A stretch of DNA of 64,000 nucleotides from Eledone cirrhosa (Eukaryota). The stretch spans positions 18,228,001 to 18,292,000 of the forward strand of contig OZ024759.1 of assembly GCA_964016885.1 (NCBI GenBank), written 5' to 3'. Below the pieces are notes generated by a model. It saw only the letters and a list, made by a program, of their open reading frames with translations, did no database searches and was not told the origin of the DNA. How positions within the stretch are numbered: position 1 is the stretch's first letter; every line of letters starts with the position of its first letter. This document shows positions 12,328-28,329 of this stretch, piece by piece. The position numbers and the translations under genes are program-made.

Positions 12328-12374
12328 TGCTGACAATTGTTTCTTCCAGAGGGAAGTATGGAATCATCGGAGCA
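12328..12374 (-). ncRNA. Minimal hammerhead motif with CCGAUGA core variant
   Basis: tgct-CCGATGA-ttcca-tacttccctc-tggaa-GAAA-caattg-TC-agca. Lies in the left arm of an inverted repeat (~12285-12465). Confidence 0.65.
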
Positions 12375-12748
12375 TAGGGAATGTCGAAAGAATTCCCTCT
12401 GGAAGAAACAATTGTCAGCAAATAAATGTTCTAAACTTAAATTTGATCATTTTAACACTTTGTATCTCGGCTCTGTAAAACACTTGAAAATTTGCATTGA
12501 GCCTTTTGTCATACCGGTAACCGGTTAGTAGTTAGTACTACCCTCCATATTTATAGTTAAACATATATAAATATAAATATCCTTATTACTATATATATAT
12601 TGAGTATATGTTGGTTGTTTACCGACACCTCAGTATGCAGATTGGAGCACTCGACGAAGTACGCAGGTTGGTTTGGTTACTCCAGAGTAATGTAAAATAA
12701 AATAATTAAGTCAAATATTTAAAATTTAGCTTCGTTTATTAAAGGTGT

Positions 12749-12803
12749 ACTGCGATATATATTTCGGTGACAGCCATCCTTGGCTGTGACCTCTTCAGGC
12801 AGT
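12749..12803 (-). ncRNA. Minimal type I hammerhead ribozyme motif
   Basis: actgc-CTGAAGA-ggtcacagcc-aaggat-ggctgtcacc-GAAA-tatata-TC-gcagt. All stems intact, palindromic stem III. Confidence 0.85.
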
Positions 12804-13345
12804 CCGAATTAGTGTGGTAGAGACAGGTACACATGTTGTTGAAGTGTTTAACTCCGTCAATACTCCGATATGACCAGTTCCTGGTTGGGTTGTTATTTCT
12901 CTGAGGAACTGGAATCATATGAATTCGAACAAACGAATTTCGGCATCAAAGGACACTCCCTCCTCCCATTGGTCAGTTGTGAGAACATTCCTCAGTCAAA
13001 AGTCTATAGAAATTTTTCAGGGGCAAGGCAATATGTTGTGGTTGTTTTTGTTAAGTACAGCTGACCTCCTACCTTGTGTTGGTAGTGGTGTTGGTGTTAG
13101 GGGATCTTTAGTCAGGTTAGCTTTAGTTGGGCTGCTGCTATTTTTAGAAGAATTTGTGTGTGTGTGTTGGCATCCATCCCGCCACAATTTCCCGTGGTGG
13201 TGGGGGTGGGGGTACCAAATAGATGAAGAAATAAGATAAAGTAAAAAGTTTTACTTTATATATATATAAGGTAAGTTATTCCGGGTTGAGTCGGTGGTAA
13301 CCACAGTAAGTAAGGTACTCAATACATAGCAGAGTATAAATGTTT

Positions 13346-13469
13346 TAATATAGATGAGATTCTACAGGACTAGAACTGTTTCATTCTTAGAAATCATCAG
13401 GAATCTGAAATTCCTGATGATTTCTAAAGAATGAAACAGTTCTAGTCCTGTAGAATCTCATCTATATTA
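13346..13469. repeat. ~59-bp inverted repeat (5-nt spacer) carrying a hammerhead core on each strand
   Basis: Each arm reads CTGATGA-tttcta(a)agaat-GAAA-cagt-TC outward. The 5' strand of stem I is missing at the inversion junction. Confidence 0.75.
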
Positions 13470-13699
13470 TATATATATATATATATATGTGTGTATATAT
13501 ATATATATGAAGTATGTTTTGTTAGTGTAATAAATAACTGTATATATATATTTATAGTTATTTATTGCACTAACAAATACTTCCAGATGCACATGTTTCA
13601 TTGACTATGTAACAGGAATGGAACTTTGTTTACATAACGTAACCCATCCCTGTGATTAAGTGTTCTACCAAGATTGGTTATTATGAAATTCAGTAGCAC

Positions 13700-13749
<50 letters not shown>

Positions 13750-14196
13750 TACAAGTATATATACATATTTATACATGTATACATATATATATGTATATAT
13801 ATGTATGTATGTATATATATGTATATATATATATATAAATACAAGTATATATACATATTTATACATGTATACATATATATATGTATATATATGTATGTAT
13901 ATATATATATATATATAAATACAAGTATATATACATATTATTACATGTATACATATATATATATATATATGTATGTATGTATATATATATATATATATAT
14001 TTGTGTTTGCATATATGTATATATATATATATATATATATAAATACAAGTATATATACATATTTATACATGTATACATATATATATGTATGTATGTTTAT
14101 ATATATATATATAAATACAAGTATATATACATATTTATACATGTATACATATATATATGTATGTATATATATATATATATATATATTTGTGTTTGC

Positions 14197-14245
<49 letters not shown>

Positions 14246-14313
14246 CGTTAACCTAATATATTCCTTCCATATACTGTACCAATTGTGTTGTTATTTCTGT
14301 TTGCCTTTTACAT

Positions 14314-14366
<53 letters not shown>

Positions 14367-14554
14367 CATACATGTATATAGTATATATATATATACATGT
14401 ATACATTGTATATTATACTTTATCTTTTCCATCATTCATTCTACGTTGGAGGGGGTCGTATTTTCTAATGATATATTGTATATCTATCTCCACATGTTTG
14501 TCTCTAGTAAATATACTCCACAACACAGGAAGTGGCTACTGATAATAGATAGTG

Positions 14555-15700
14555 TTTTGTTGTTGTTGTTACTGTCGTTGTTGCTGTTGTTGCTGTTGTT
14601 ACTGTTGTTGTTGTTACTGTTGTTACTGTTGTTGTTATTGTTGTTACTGTTGTTACTGTTGTTGTTGCTTTTGTTGCTGTTGTTACTGTTGTTGTTGTTA
14701 CTGTTGTTACTGTTGTTATTGTTGTTGCTGTTGTTACTGTTGTTGTTGTTACTGTTGTTGTTACTGTGTTACTGTTGTTGCTGTTGTTACTGTTGTTGTT
14801 GGTGTTACTGTTGTTGCTGTTGTTGTTACTGTGTTACTGTTGTTGCTGTTGTTACTGTTGTTGTTGGTGTTACTGTTGTTGTTGCTGTGTTACTGTTGTT
14901 GCTGTTGTTACTGTTGTTGTTACTGTTGTTGCTCTTGTTACTGTTGTTACTGTTGTTGTTGTTGCTGTTGTTGTTGTTGCTGTTGTTGTTATTGTTGTTG
15001 CTGTTGTTACTGTTGTTGTTGTTGTTGTTGTTGCTGTTGTTACTGTTGTTGCTGTTGCTGTTGTTGTTACCGTTGTTGCTGTTGTTGTTACCATTGTTGT
15101 TGTTACTGTTATTATTTTCCTTGTACTTAGTGTTGATGTTGTTATTGTTGTTGTCATTCTTCTCATTATCTCTGATGTTGTTCTCATTGCTATTATAGTT
15201 CCTTCTGTTATTTCCTTTGATTTTTGCTATTATTCTTGTCGATGGTGTTATTGTTGTTGTTATTATAGTTGTTGTTGTTGCTTATTTTGATTTTGCTATT
15301 ATTCTTGTCGATGTTGCCGATGATGATGATGTTGTCGTTGAAGCTGTTGTTGTTGTTGTAGTTGTTGTTGTTGTTCTTGTTTCCTTTGATTTTTACTATT
15401 CTTGTCGATGTTGCTGCTGATGATGATGTTGCCTTTGTTGTTGTTATGATTTTGCTGTTATTCTTGTTGATGATGTTGTTGTTGTTGATTGTGTTGTTGA
15501 TGTTGTTGTTATAGTTGTTTTTGTTTATTATGATTTTGCTATTATTGTTGTTGTTTTAGTTTATGATGTTGTTGTTGTTACTGTTGTTGTTTTAGTTTAT
15601 GATGTTGTTATTGAAGTTGTTGTTGTCATTGTTACAGTTGTTGTTGTTGATGTTGTTGTTGTCGTTGTTACAGTTGTTGTTGCTGTTGATGTCGTTATCA
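14555..15700. repeat. (TGT)n-based cryptic trinucleotide tract
   Basis: Direct inspection. Confidence 0.95.
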
Positions 15701-16784
15701 CCATGATCACTTTGTTGTCTTCGGTTTAGCAATGTTATTTTTCTTCTGATATTATCTGTACTTGAAAAGTACAGTCTTTTGTAATCATTGAATTGAGGAA
15801 TTGCCAAGAATTTCTTCATCTTATATTCTTTAACAAACCCCAGGTCGCTAACTTGTGTCAACTACAGGGCTATCTATGTTTACCATATTCGTACCATTTC
15901 GATATATTTAGAAATTTTTTTTTTTCAGTTTATTATTAAGTTATGTTCGATACGCATCTACCCACAATTCCTGATGGAATCATAGTGGCGCCATAGTGAT
16001 TTATGTTTTATCTTGGACTTTTAAAGCCTGGCAGAGCTCATCCTTCTCCAGGTCTGAACACAGCCAATTTCTTGTAGGGTTGATAAATCAATTTCCAAAC
16101 TAATGGCAGTGGATTGGCTGAATTGTGAAAGAGTACTCTTTATGGACCCTGAAATAATGACAGGTACAATTGACCTCAGCTGAATTTATACTCAGAGGGT
16201 TGAGAGGAAGAACAAATAGTCTAAAAGTCTAAAGTTTGTCTCGACCCCAGAAGCTCATCAGGCCAGTGTTTATCCCTGCTTCCGTGGCATAAAGCGACTG
16301 AGAGTACTCGAGCCTCCCCTGGATAGGACGCCAGTCCATCACAGGATTAAACTTCTAGCTATTGCTGGTACTCATTGTAAGCTGAGTATACTGGAGCAAT
16401 GTGAAATGAACTGTTTTGCTCAGGAACTCAACACACAACCCAGTTGAGGAAATGAGCACATGGCATTATGATTGCAAGTCCAACACCCTTGCCACAAGAC
16501 CACGCTCCTTCATGAAACAAATTTTACCAATTCTCTATCAATTTGGTACTTTAATTTAGACAAGGGCTCTCAAATATGTAACCCTGGGGCTGCATGCAAA
16601 CTACTTTTCTATGTTCTCTGGCAGATCAATTTTCATGACTACTCAAGGAACATTTAAAACAGAAAATTTGGCCCCCTTCATTTTGTACTAATTCACATAT
16701 CTCACTTACTATCATATGTATATTCATTTCCATGAAAATAGAAAAAAATAGCAGCCTATCAGTTGTATTACATTAACATTATTA

Positions 16785-17335
16785 GCCGAGGTTGACTTTG
16801 CCTTTCATCCTTACGGGGTCGATAAAATAAAGTACCAGTAATGCACTGGGTAATTGCTGGCCTTGTGCCAAAAGTAGAAACAATTATTAGCATTATATAG
16901 GGAGTGGTGGATTAGCAGGATTGGTAGAGGGTCAGACACCATGCTTTGCAGCTTAGAGTTAGGGCACTTAATGGTCTGAGTTCAAATCCTGCTGAGGTTA
17001 ACTTTGCCTTTCATCCTTACGGGGTCGATAAAATAAAGTACCAGTAATGCAGTGAGGTCGATTTAATTGACTTTCCCCTCCTCCAAAATTGTTGGCCTTG
17101 TGCCTATATAAGAAACCATTATTAGCATTATAACATTAAGGGCGGTGGCTTGGCAGTATCGGTAGGGGCTCGGGCGCCATGCTTTGATGCATAGAGTTAC
17201 GGCCCTTGCCATTCTGAGTTCAAATCCCGCCGAGGTCAACTTTGCCTTTCATCCTTATGGGGTCGATAACATAAAGTACCGGTAATGCACTGGGATAATT
17301 GCTGGCCTTGTGCCAAAAGTAGAAACAATTATTAA
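16785..17335 (+). mobile_element. Three tandem SINE family A copies (first 5'-truncated)
   Basis: Same A/B boxes, body and tail. Further + copies at ~18923-19025, 30530-30740 and 47617-47850. Confidence 0.85.
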
Positions 17336-17365
17336 CATTATAACTGGTTCAGGTTGGTGGTTTAA

Positions 17366-17570
17366 CCCTTCAGCATTTACATGACTTTATATAAACTATT
17401 GTGTTTTCGCAGTAAAGGCCTTATCTTCCATAATATTGAATCTACGAGATTTTGATATTTATTTTGAGAACAATACCTTAACATAAGTATGAGTGGCTAG
17501 TTACAGCTAGTTTGAACAGAAAGAGGTAAGAGAATTCTGGCCATGTCCAACCAGTTTAAATGCTAAAGGG
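17366..17570. mobile_element. piggyBac-type MITE
   Basis: TTAA-CCCTTcAGCATTTA ... TAAATGCTAAAGGG-TTAA. Partial relative at ~28788-28915. Confidence 0.7.
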
Positions 17571-17584
17571 TTAATGAAATTCGT

Positions 17585-18110
17585 TGTTTGTGTACAGGTA
17601 TGTATATATGTACATGTTTGTGTACAGGTATGTATATATATGTACATGTTTGTGTACAGGTATGTATATGTACATGTTTGTGTACAGGTATGTATATATA
17701 TGTACATGTTTGTGTACAGGTATGTATATATATGTACATGTTTGTGTACAGGTATGTATATATATACATGTTTGTGTACAGGTATGTATATATATACATG
17801 TTTGTGTACAGGTATGTATATATATGTACATGTTTGTGTACATGTATGTATATATGTACATGTTTGTGTACAGGTATGTATATATGTACATGTTTGTGTA
17901 CAGGTATGTATATATATACATGTTTGTGTACAGGTATGGATATATGTACATGTTTGTGTACAGGTATCTATATATGTACATGTTTGTGTACAGGTATGTA
18001 TATATATACATGTTTGTGTACAGGTATGGATATATGTACATGTTTGTGTACAGGTATCTATACATGTACATGTTTGTGTACAGGTATGCATATATATGTA
18101 CATGTTTGTG
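17585..18110. repeat. 30-32-bp minisatellite (~17 units)
   Basis: Unit tgtttgtgtacaggtatgtatatatgtaca. Confidence 0.92.
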
Positions 18111-18369
18111 CGTACATGTGTGTATATGTGTGTGTACAGTTGTTCGTGTAAATGTGTATATATATGTGTGTGTGTGTGTGTGTGGAAATGCCAATATGTG
18201 ACATGTTTGTTTGGAAGGTGGGGTGTACATGTGTGTGTGTGTGTATAAATATAGGGAGAGAGAGAGAGAGGGGGGGGGGGGTCAGGGAGAAGGATATGCT
18301 ATTGCATATGTAAATAATATGATGCATATGTGTGTGTATATGTTTGTATATATATATACACACACACAA

Positions 18370-18448
<79 letters not shown>

Positions 18449-19107
18449 TATATATATGTATATGCATATATACATATATATATATATGTATATATGTATA
18501 TGTATATGTATATATATATGTATATACATATATATATATATAGTATATATGCATATACATATATATGTACATACATATATATATATACATATGTGTGTAT
18601 TTGTGTATATATATATACATATATGTATATATATATTTGTTTTGCAAGGTTTTTGATATGAAATCGTGTGTCGAAACAAATATTGTTATACTTGGGGAGG
18701 GTCATATTGTAATAATATTGCCAGAAATAATAACAGAACACACTCACTGTTTGGTTGGTTTTCGCTTCTGTATCTTTTATATCTCCACAGTTAATTTATT
18801 TGGTCCTCAACGTTTATCATTGACTGACCAACGGTTAAAAATACAGATATAAACACATATATACAAATAAAGTACAGAGTTATTAACTCATATTGATACC
18901 CTGCAATTAAATAAGCTCAAAGCTGAGGTTGACTTTGCCTTTCATCCTTACGGGGTCGATAAAATAAAGCACCAGTAATGCACTGGGTATTTGCTGGCCT
19001 TGTGCCTAAAGTAGAAACAATTATATAGTAATCTATATATATAAAATATATGTATAAATAAACACACGGAATTTACTGTGTTTATTTATACATATATTAC
19101 GATATAA

Positions 19108-19147
<40 letters not shown>

Positions 19148-19433
19148 AGGAGGTGAGTTTTATTGTAGTACAATAAAGCAATGCAGATATCGGATAAGAA
19201 GCACTCTACAGTTTGTAGGACTGGAGTATACATAATATAAGATAAAAATATATATATATTTAATACAATAACAGAGATAGTTTAAAGCTAAACTCTGACT
19301 GGTAACCATCTCACTCAACAAACATTAGGTTATATTTAAATATAAACCCAATTTAAGTGTTTGGGGTGCTAACAATATGTATAATGTGGAAAAACCAGTT
19401 GTATTATTTTATGAGATATATATATATATAGTC

Positions 19434-19477
19434 TAACAAAGTTCTTTCATCACACATCTGCAACATCATCAGTGTTA
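19434..19477 (-). ncRNA. Minimal hammerhead motif (gtcaca-family variant)
   Basis: taaca-CTGATGA-tgttgca-gatg-tgtgat-GAAA-gaac-TT-tgtta. Confidence 0.65.
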
Positions 19478-19574
19478 CTATTATCATGTTCCCTCATATT
19501 GTGTTGTATTGTTCACATCGGGGTCTTGAACATTTTCCTATACATATATGTATATATATACATATACATATATG

Positions 19575-19642
<68 letters not shown>

Positions 19643-20085
19643 TGTATATATATACATATACATATATGTATTTCATATCTAAGTTTTCATGCTTGCAGTT
19701 GAATGTATCTTTCTCAGCACAACATCCTTGCACCCATGTTGCTTCATCATCCCTGGTGTGTGCGTGTGTGTATTTGTAGGTGTGTATTTACACAGACTAT
19801 ACATACACAGTTAACCTATAATATATATATGCACACACACACACACAGATATACATATATATACACACACACAGATATATATATATGCAAACACACATAT
19901 ATACATATATATACATATGATATACATATATACATATATATATATGCATATATATACATAGATATAATATATATGCATATATATACATAGATATAAATAT
20001 ACATATATACACATATACATATATATATATATACACACATATATATACTTATATATATGTATATACACACACACATATATTTATA

Positions 20086-20199
<114 letters not shown>

Positions 20200-20744
20200 G
20201 TTAAGCTTTTATTCTATCTTTGATTTTAAATAAGTTTACTGTGTTCGGGTCACTGATTTCCTGTTGGAATATTTATCTGTAATATTATTTGGAGAAGGAA
20301 TTAAATGTTAAACCAATGATGCATGCATTTCCAGAGAATTTCTACTGCCCATTCCATACACTGGTCAAGAAGTTATTGAGTGTACTTCATATTTTGGGTA
20401 AACATAAACTCTGTTTCAATATTTAAATTCTCAATAGGCTGGTAGATTGCAAGAAATGTTATTGTATCTGACAAAATTCCGCGTAACAATTGTTTTAACT
20501 CATTACACTGTTAGTTCAAATATGGTCATGGTCAACTCTGCTATGCTTCCTTCCAGGGATAAATAAAATAAAGTATCAGTAAAGTACCCACGATGGCACA
20601 TGGCTTAGTGGTTACAGAATTGGATACACAATTGTGAGGCTGCAAGTTCGATTTCTACACCGGATGATCCGTTGTGTCCTTGAGCAAGTCAAGACACTTT
20701 ATTTCTTGTTAATCTTTCTGCCAGGAGTTGTGTCCTGTAAATAA

Positions 20745-21890
20745 TATCAGCAACAGAAAGACCAATGGCAACATTGTTTTCTTGGTCAGATATGGTGAGA
20801 GGTAAACAGTATCAGCAATGGAAAGACCAATGGCAACATTGTTTTCTTGGTCAGATATGGTGAGAGGTAAACAGTATCAGCAATGGAAAGACCAATGGCA
20901 ACATTGTTTTCTTGGTCAGATATGGTGAGAGGTAAACAGTATCAGCAATGGAAAGACCAATGGAAACATTGTTTCCTTGGTCAGATATGGTGAGAGGTAA
21001 ACAGTATCAGCAATGGAAAGACCAATGGAAACATTGTTTCCTTGGTCAGATATGGTGAGAGGTAAACAGTATCAGCAATGGAAAGACCAATGGAAACATT
21101 GTTTTCTTGGTCAGATATGGTGAGAGGTAAACAGTATCAGCAATGGAAAGACCAATGGAAACATTGTTTCCTTGGTCAGATATGGTGAGAGGTAAACAGT
21201 ATCAGCAATGGAAAGACCAATGGAAACATTGTTTCCTTGGTCAGATATGGTGAGAGGTAAACAGTATCAGCAATGGAAAGACCAATGGAAACATTGTTTC
21301 CTTGGTCAGATATGGTGAGAGGTAAACAGTATCAGCAATGGAAAGACCAATGGAAACATTGTTTCCTTGGTCAGATATGGTGAGAGGTAAACAGTATCAG
21401 CAATGGAAAGACCAATGGAAACATTGTTTCCTTGGTCAGATATGGTGAGAGGTAAACAGTATCAGCAATGGAAAGACCAATGGAAACATTGTTTTCTTGG
21501 TCAGATATGGTGAGAGGTAAACAGTATCAGCAATGGAAAGACCAATGGAAACATTGTTTCCTTGGTCAGATATGGTGAGAGGTAAACAGTATCAGCAATG
21601 GAAAGACCAATGGCAACATTGTTTTCTTGGTCAGATATGGTGAGAGGTAAACAGTATCAGCAATGGAAAGACCAATGGAAACATTGTTTTCTTGGTCAGA
21701 TATGGTGAGAGGTAAACAGTATCAGCAATGGAAAGACCAATGGAAACATTGTTCCTTTGGTCAGATAAGCTGACAGGTAGACAGTATTAGAAATGGAAAC
21801 CAAGGGAAACATAGTTTCCTTGGTCTGATAAGCTGACAAGTAGACAGTATTAGAAATGGAAATACCAAGGGAAACATTGTTTCCTTGGCC
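20745..21890 (+). repeat. 65-bp tandem satellite, ~15 homogeneous plus 2 diverged units, derived from a SINE 3' region
   Basis: Unit cagtatcagcaatggaaagaccaatggaaacattgtttccttggtcagatatggtgagaggtaaa. Period 65 (20821, 20886, 20951). Confidence 0.95.
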
Positions 21891-22357
21891 TGATTGGACA
21901 ATTCGACCCCTACTCAGTATATGAATGAGGTTTGGGATCTTGTCAATCATCCTTTTACTTTACTAACATATCCATGCTTTTAAACACACATTCACAGAGC
22001 CATAAATATACATGCATGTATTATGCTAAGAGCTTAAATTAAGTGACTTGCTCAAGGACATAACACAATACGTTGCCTAATTCAGGAGTCAAACTTATGA
22101 CCTTATGATCTTGAACTCAATAACCTAACTGTTAAACCACATGCCTTTAAAAACACACATACGTATTCACACACATACACATATGTATACACACACAGCC
22201 ATGTGCATATATATGCACATTCACACAGTTGCACACACAGATGCACACATATGCACAGATACAAACACATGATCACATACACATACATGCACACACTTAT
22301 ATATGCATACAGATGCGCATATACATGTGTATATACACACACACTCACACATATGCC

Positions 22358-22447
<90 letters not shown>

Positions 22448-22735
22448 TATATATTAAGTTAAAAGTTTAAACCACATAACATTGTTGTATGTGCTGTGTT
22501 GTAATCATTAGTTGAACCAATCAGGAAATAAAAGCTTTATTTCTACCATTTAATTGCACTTAGCTGGCATCAAACTGGGAGATTGTATAACTGTGTTGGT
22601 GTATATATATATGTGTGTGTATATATGTGTGTGTATATAAAGCTTTAACATGATGATTGAGTGCTTAAATTTCTTGTTGAATGTTATTCAACTCCCTTTA
22701 AATGTGTTTGTTTGTGTGTGTGTGTGTCTTACACA

Positions 22736-22766
<31 letters not shown>

Positions 22767-22889
22767 GTATATATCATCATCATCATCTTCGTTTAACGTC
22801 CATCTTCTACGCTAGCATGGGTTAGACGGTATATATATATATATATATATGTATGCATGTATACATATATATATATATGTATGTATATT

Positions 22890-22930
<41 letters not shown>

Positions 22931-22931
22931 T

Positions 22932-22963
<32 letters not shown>

Positions 22964-23026
22964 AATATATATATATACTGAAAGAGTGAAGAATAACCTG
23001 GTCAACAGTACAAACATGGTTTTATT

Positions 23027-23074
<48 letters not shown>

Positions 23075-23647
23075 GAGAGAGAGAGAGAGTGAGAGAGAGA
23101 TGTATATGCTAGGAGTTTAAACTTTCAGAGCATTGTTATGAGAGTTTCATACTGGCTCAAAGCCACCATCAAGTAAACCTTTTATCTCCCTTTTCATTGC
23201 CCCTAGCTGGCTGAAACTTTAAGTAATGAAGCTGTTAAATTTTAAAACTTAATATATTGCTAAATATATAAAGCTTTAGCACCAGAATTAAGTACTTAAC
23301 TTTCACTTCCCTGCTCAACATTCTATCACAACATCTTATTAAATGTATGGGTATGTCTCTCTTTCTCTTTCTTTCAAAAGATTTTGTGTTCATGTGTGTG
23401 TGTATGTATGTGTGTGTGTGTGTGTGTGTGCATATATATATATATATATTATTGAATAAAGTGACAGGGGATGGAAAGTTAATGTGTATATATATATATA
23501 TACACAAACGTACATATACACACACGAGTATATATTCCTGTACCCGGAATTGTCTTCATCACATATAAATATATATAATATATCTATCTATCTATCTCTG
23601 AAGACAATTCAGGGTACAGGAATATATACTTGTGTGTGTATATATAT

Positions 23648-23742
<95 letters not shown>

Positions 23743-23830
23743 TAGATAGATAGATATATTATATATATTTATATGTGATGAAGACAATTCCGGGTACAGG
23801 AATATATACTCGTGTGTGTATATGTACGTT

Positions 23831-23887
<57 letters not shown>

Positions 23888-23924
23888 TGACTTTCCAGCC
23901 CTTGTCACTTTCTTCAATAATATA

Positions 23925-25560
<1,636 letters not shown>

Positions 25561-25669
25561 CCGTTTCAGTAATAAATCTCTCCTTACTGCATTCACCACA
25601 ATAAAATGAGAGTGGTAATGGTATTAGAAGGATGATGTAACAATTCTTTAATAGCTTGTGGTGAAGGTG

Positions 25670-26960
25670 CTAGTGGTGGTGAGGGTGGTGATGATGGTGG
25701 CAGTGGTATTGGTGCTACTAGGGTAGGTGGTGATGTGGTGATCATTGTAATAGTAATTGTGGTGGTTATGGTAGTGGTGGTGCTGGTTATGGTAGTGGTG
25801 GTGGTGCTGGTTATGGTAGTGGTGGTGGTGCTGGTTATGGCAGTGGTGGTGGTGGTGGTGGTTATGGCAGTGGTGGTGGTGCTGGTTATGGTAGTTGTGG
25901 TGGTGGTGGTTATGGTAGTTGTGGTGGTGGTGGTTATGGTAGTGGTTGTGCTGGTTATGGTAGTGGTTGTGCTGGTTATGGTAGTAGTGGTGGTGGTGGT
26001 TATGGTAGTAGTGGTGGTGGTGGTGGGGGTTATGGTAGTAGTGGTGGTGCTGTTTATGGTAGTGGTTGTGCTGGTTATGTTAGTAGTGGTGGTGGTGGTT
26101 ATGGTAGTAGTGGTGGTGGTTACGTTAGTAGTGGTGGCGATGGTGGTGGTGGTTATGGTAGTAGTGGGGGTGGTTATGGTAGTGGTGGCGCTGGTTTTGG
26201 TAGTAGTGGTGGTGGTGGTTATGGTAGTAGTGGTGGTGGTGGTTATGGTAGTAGTAGTGGGGGTGGTTACGGTAGTAGTGGTGGTGGTGGTGGTTATAGT
26301 AGTGGTGGTGCTGGGTATGTTATCTCTGTTCTATAGTTTCAGAAGAGAGGTGCTAAAAGTGTAGTTAATCAATAAATATCCAAATGATTTCACTTTTTTC
26401 CAAACCATTGGAACCTAATGACAGAACCATCAGACCACCACCACCACCACTACTACCACCACTACTACGACCACCACTACCAATACTACCACCACCACCA
26501 TTATCACTTCCACTGCCATCACTCCCATTACCATCATTGCTATCAACATCATTCCCCCCCCCCCACTACTACTAGCACTACCAATACTATCAACACCCAC
26601 ACTACCACCAACACCACTACCATTACCATCATTGCTATCAACACCCCCCCCCCTTCACTACTACCACCACAACCCATACTATCAACACCACCACTTCCAC
26701 CAACACCACTGCCATTACCATCATTGCTATCAGCATCACAACCACCACTACCACCACCACCACTATTACCATCATCACTACCAACACCACCACCATTCCC
26801 ACCAACACCATTACCACTTCCACTGCCACCTAACCACCACTACCATCACCAACACCACTACCATGCCATCATCACTACCAGCATCACCACCACTACCTCC
26901 ACATCCTCCACCACCATCATCACCATCATCACCATAGACCACCACTACTACAGACCACCA
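25670..26960. repeat. (GGT)n tract (25670-26315) followed by its complement (ACC)n (26414-26960)
   Basis: Direct inspection. Confidence 0.92.
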
Positions 26961-27294
26961 TCATGTAATACACACTCCCTACAATGCCACTCTTTCTTTC
27001 TCTCTCTCTCTCTCTCTCTCGCTCTTTCCCTCATCTCTCTTTCAGATTCTGTTATCTGTTACTTTGGTTGCTTTTCTTCTTCATTACCTCATTACATCTC
27101 AAATACCCTCAGCACCCAACATTTCGTCTAGATTGACTTCTTTATGCTTCGTGTTCCAATGTTATTTACTGTTGTTTGAGGCTTTTGACACCTCTCACTT
27201 GCAATTTCCACTTCATGTTCAGGGGCATATTAGTAAGAATATGAGCTGAAATTGTTTTTACACTGTGTTGGTTAACTTGTTAGGAAAAATAAGA

Positions 27295-27870
27295 AGGAAA
27301 GAGTTGATCATTAGATTGGATCAAGGAAACAATGTTTCCATTGTGTTTACTATTTGCTGGTCACAGTTCCTGAGAGAAAGGAAAAGAGCTGATCATCAGA
27401 TCACACTAGGAAAATGTTGTTTCTTCTGGTCTTTCCATTGTTGATACTATCTGTTGGTTGCAACTCCTGACAGAAGAAAGGAAAGGAGCTAATCATCAGA
27501 TCATGCCAGGGAAACAATCTCTGCTGCTCTGGTCTTCACATTGTTGATACTGTCTGTCAGTTTTAACTTCTGACAGAAAGGAAAGAAAAAGAGTTGATCA
27601 TCAAATTGAACCAAGGAAACAATCTTTCGCTTGGTCTTTACATTGTTGATACTATCTGTCAGTCGTAACTTGTGGCAGAAAGGAAAGGCGTTGGTCATCA
27701 AATTGGACCAAGGAAACATTGTTTCCATTGATCTTTTAATTGCTGATAGTATTTGCCAGTTGCAATTTCTGACTGAAGAAATTAAAGGAGCTGATCATCA
27801 GATCATACCAGGGGAACATTGTTTCTTCTGATCTTTTCATTGTTGAAACTGTCTGTCAGTCACAACTCCT
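27295..27870 (-). repeat. Old diverged tandem array (~90-100-bp period, ~6 units) related to the same SINE 3' region
   Basis: Recurrent gatcatcaga..ccagggaaacattgtttc..ggtctttccattgttgatacta..gcaactcctg. Confidence 0.7.
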
Positions 27871-28329
27871 GAGAGTGTTGTGGAAGCAGAGCTCTCAAAC
27901 ACTCTTTCCAGCAAGTCCTGTCAGAAGCAACCATCTTCAATTGATCCGGCTTAATCCCCAAGCAAGACCAGCTAAGCTAATGGATGTTATCCAACCATCT
28001 TGCTCAGAGTCTACCCTTGAATCTCCTGCCAGTTGATTTTTCCCATAAAATCTGTCCAGCATTTCTTTCCTGGGTCATTCTCAATCACAAGTTCGTAGTA
28101 TTGGAGCTGTGATCTCTCAATTTGAAGAAGTAGCAACTCTAGCTAGAATGACTCTCTGACCTTGGAGCTATGCACTCTATTGAGTAACGTTACTCCAAAG
28201 ATAAGTATTGATATGTCACTGATATTGAACATTCTATCTGTGTTATGAGCATCTTAAAACTGGACTCTAGCCATTACAGAAATAACTAGCTGAATAAAAA
28301 GATACACTCAGTAATGTTTTTGTATGTAT

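Noticed and set aside
16561-16680. hAT-like MITE start (caagggctctcaa)
   Set aside because: No matching second TIR or 8-bp TSD found.
20745-21890. CRISPR-like array with palindromic repeats
   Set aside because: No unique spacers, since the whole 65-bp unit repeats. No cas genes, eukaryotic context, and the unit derives from a SINE.
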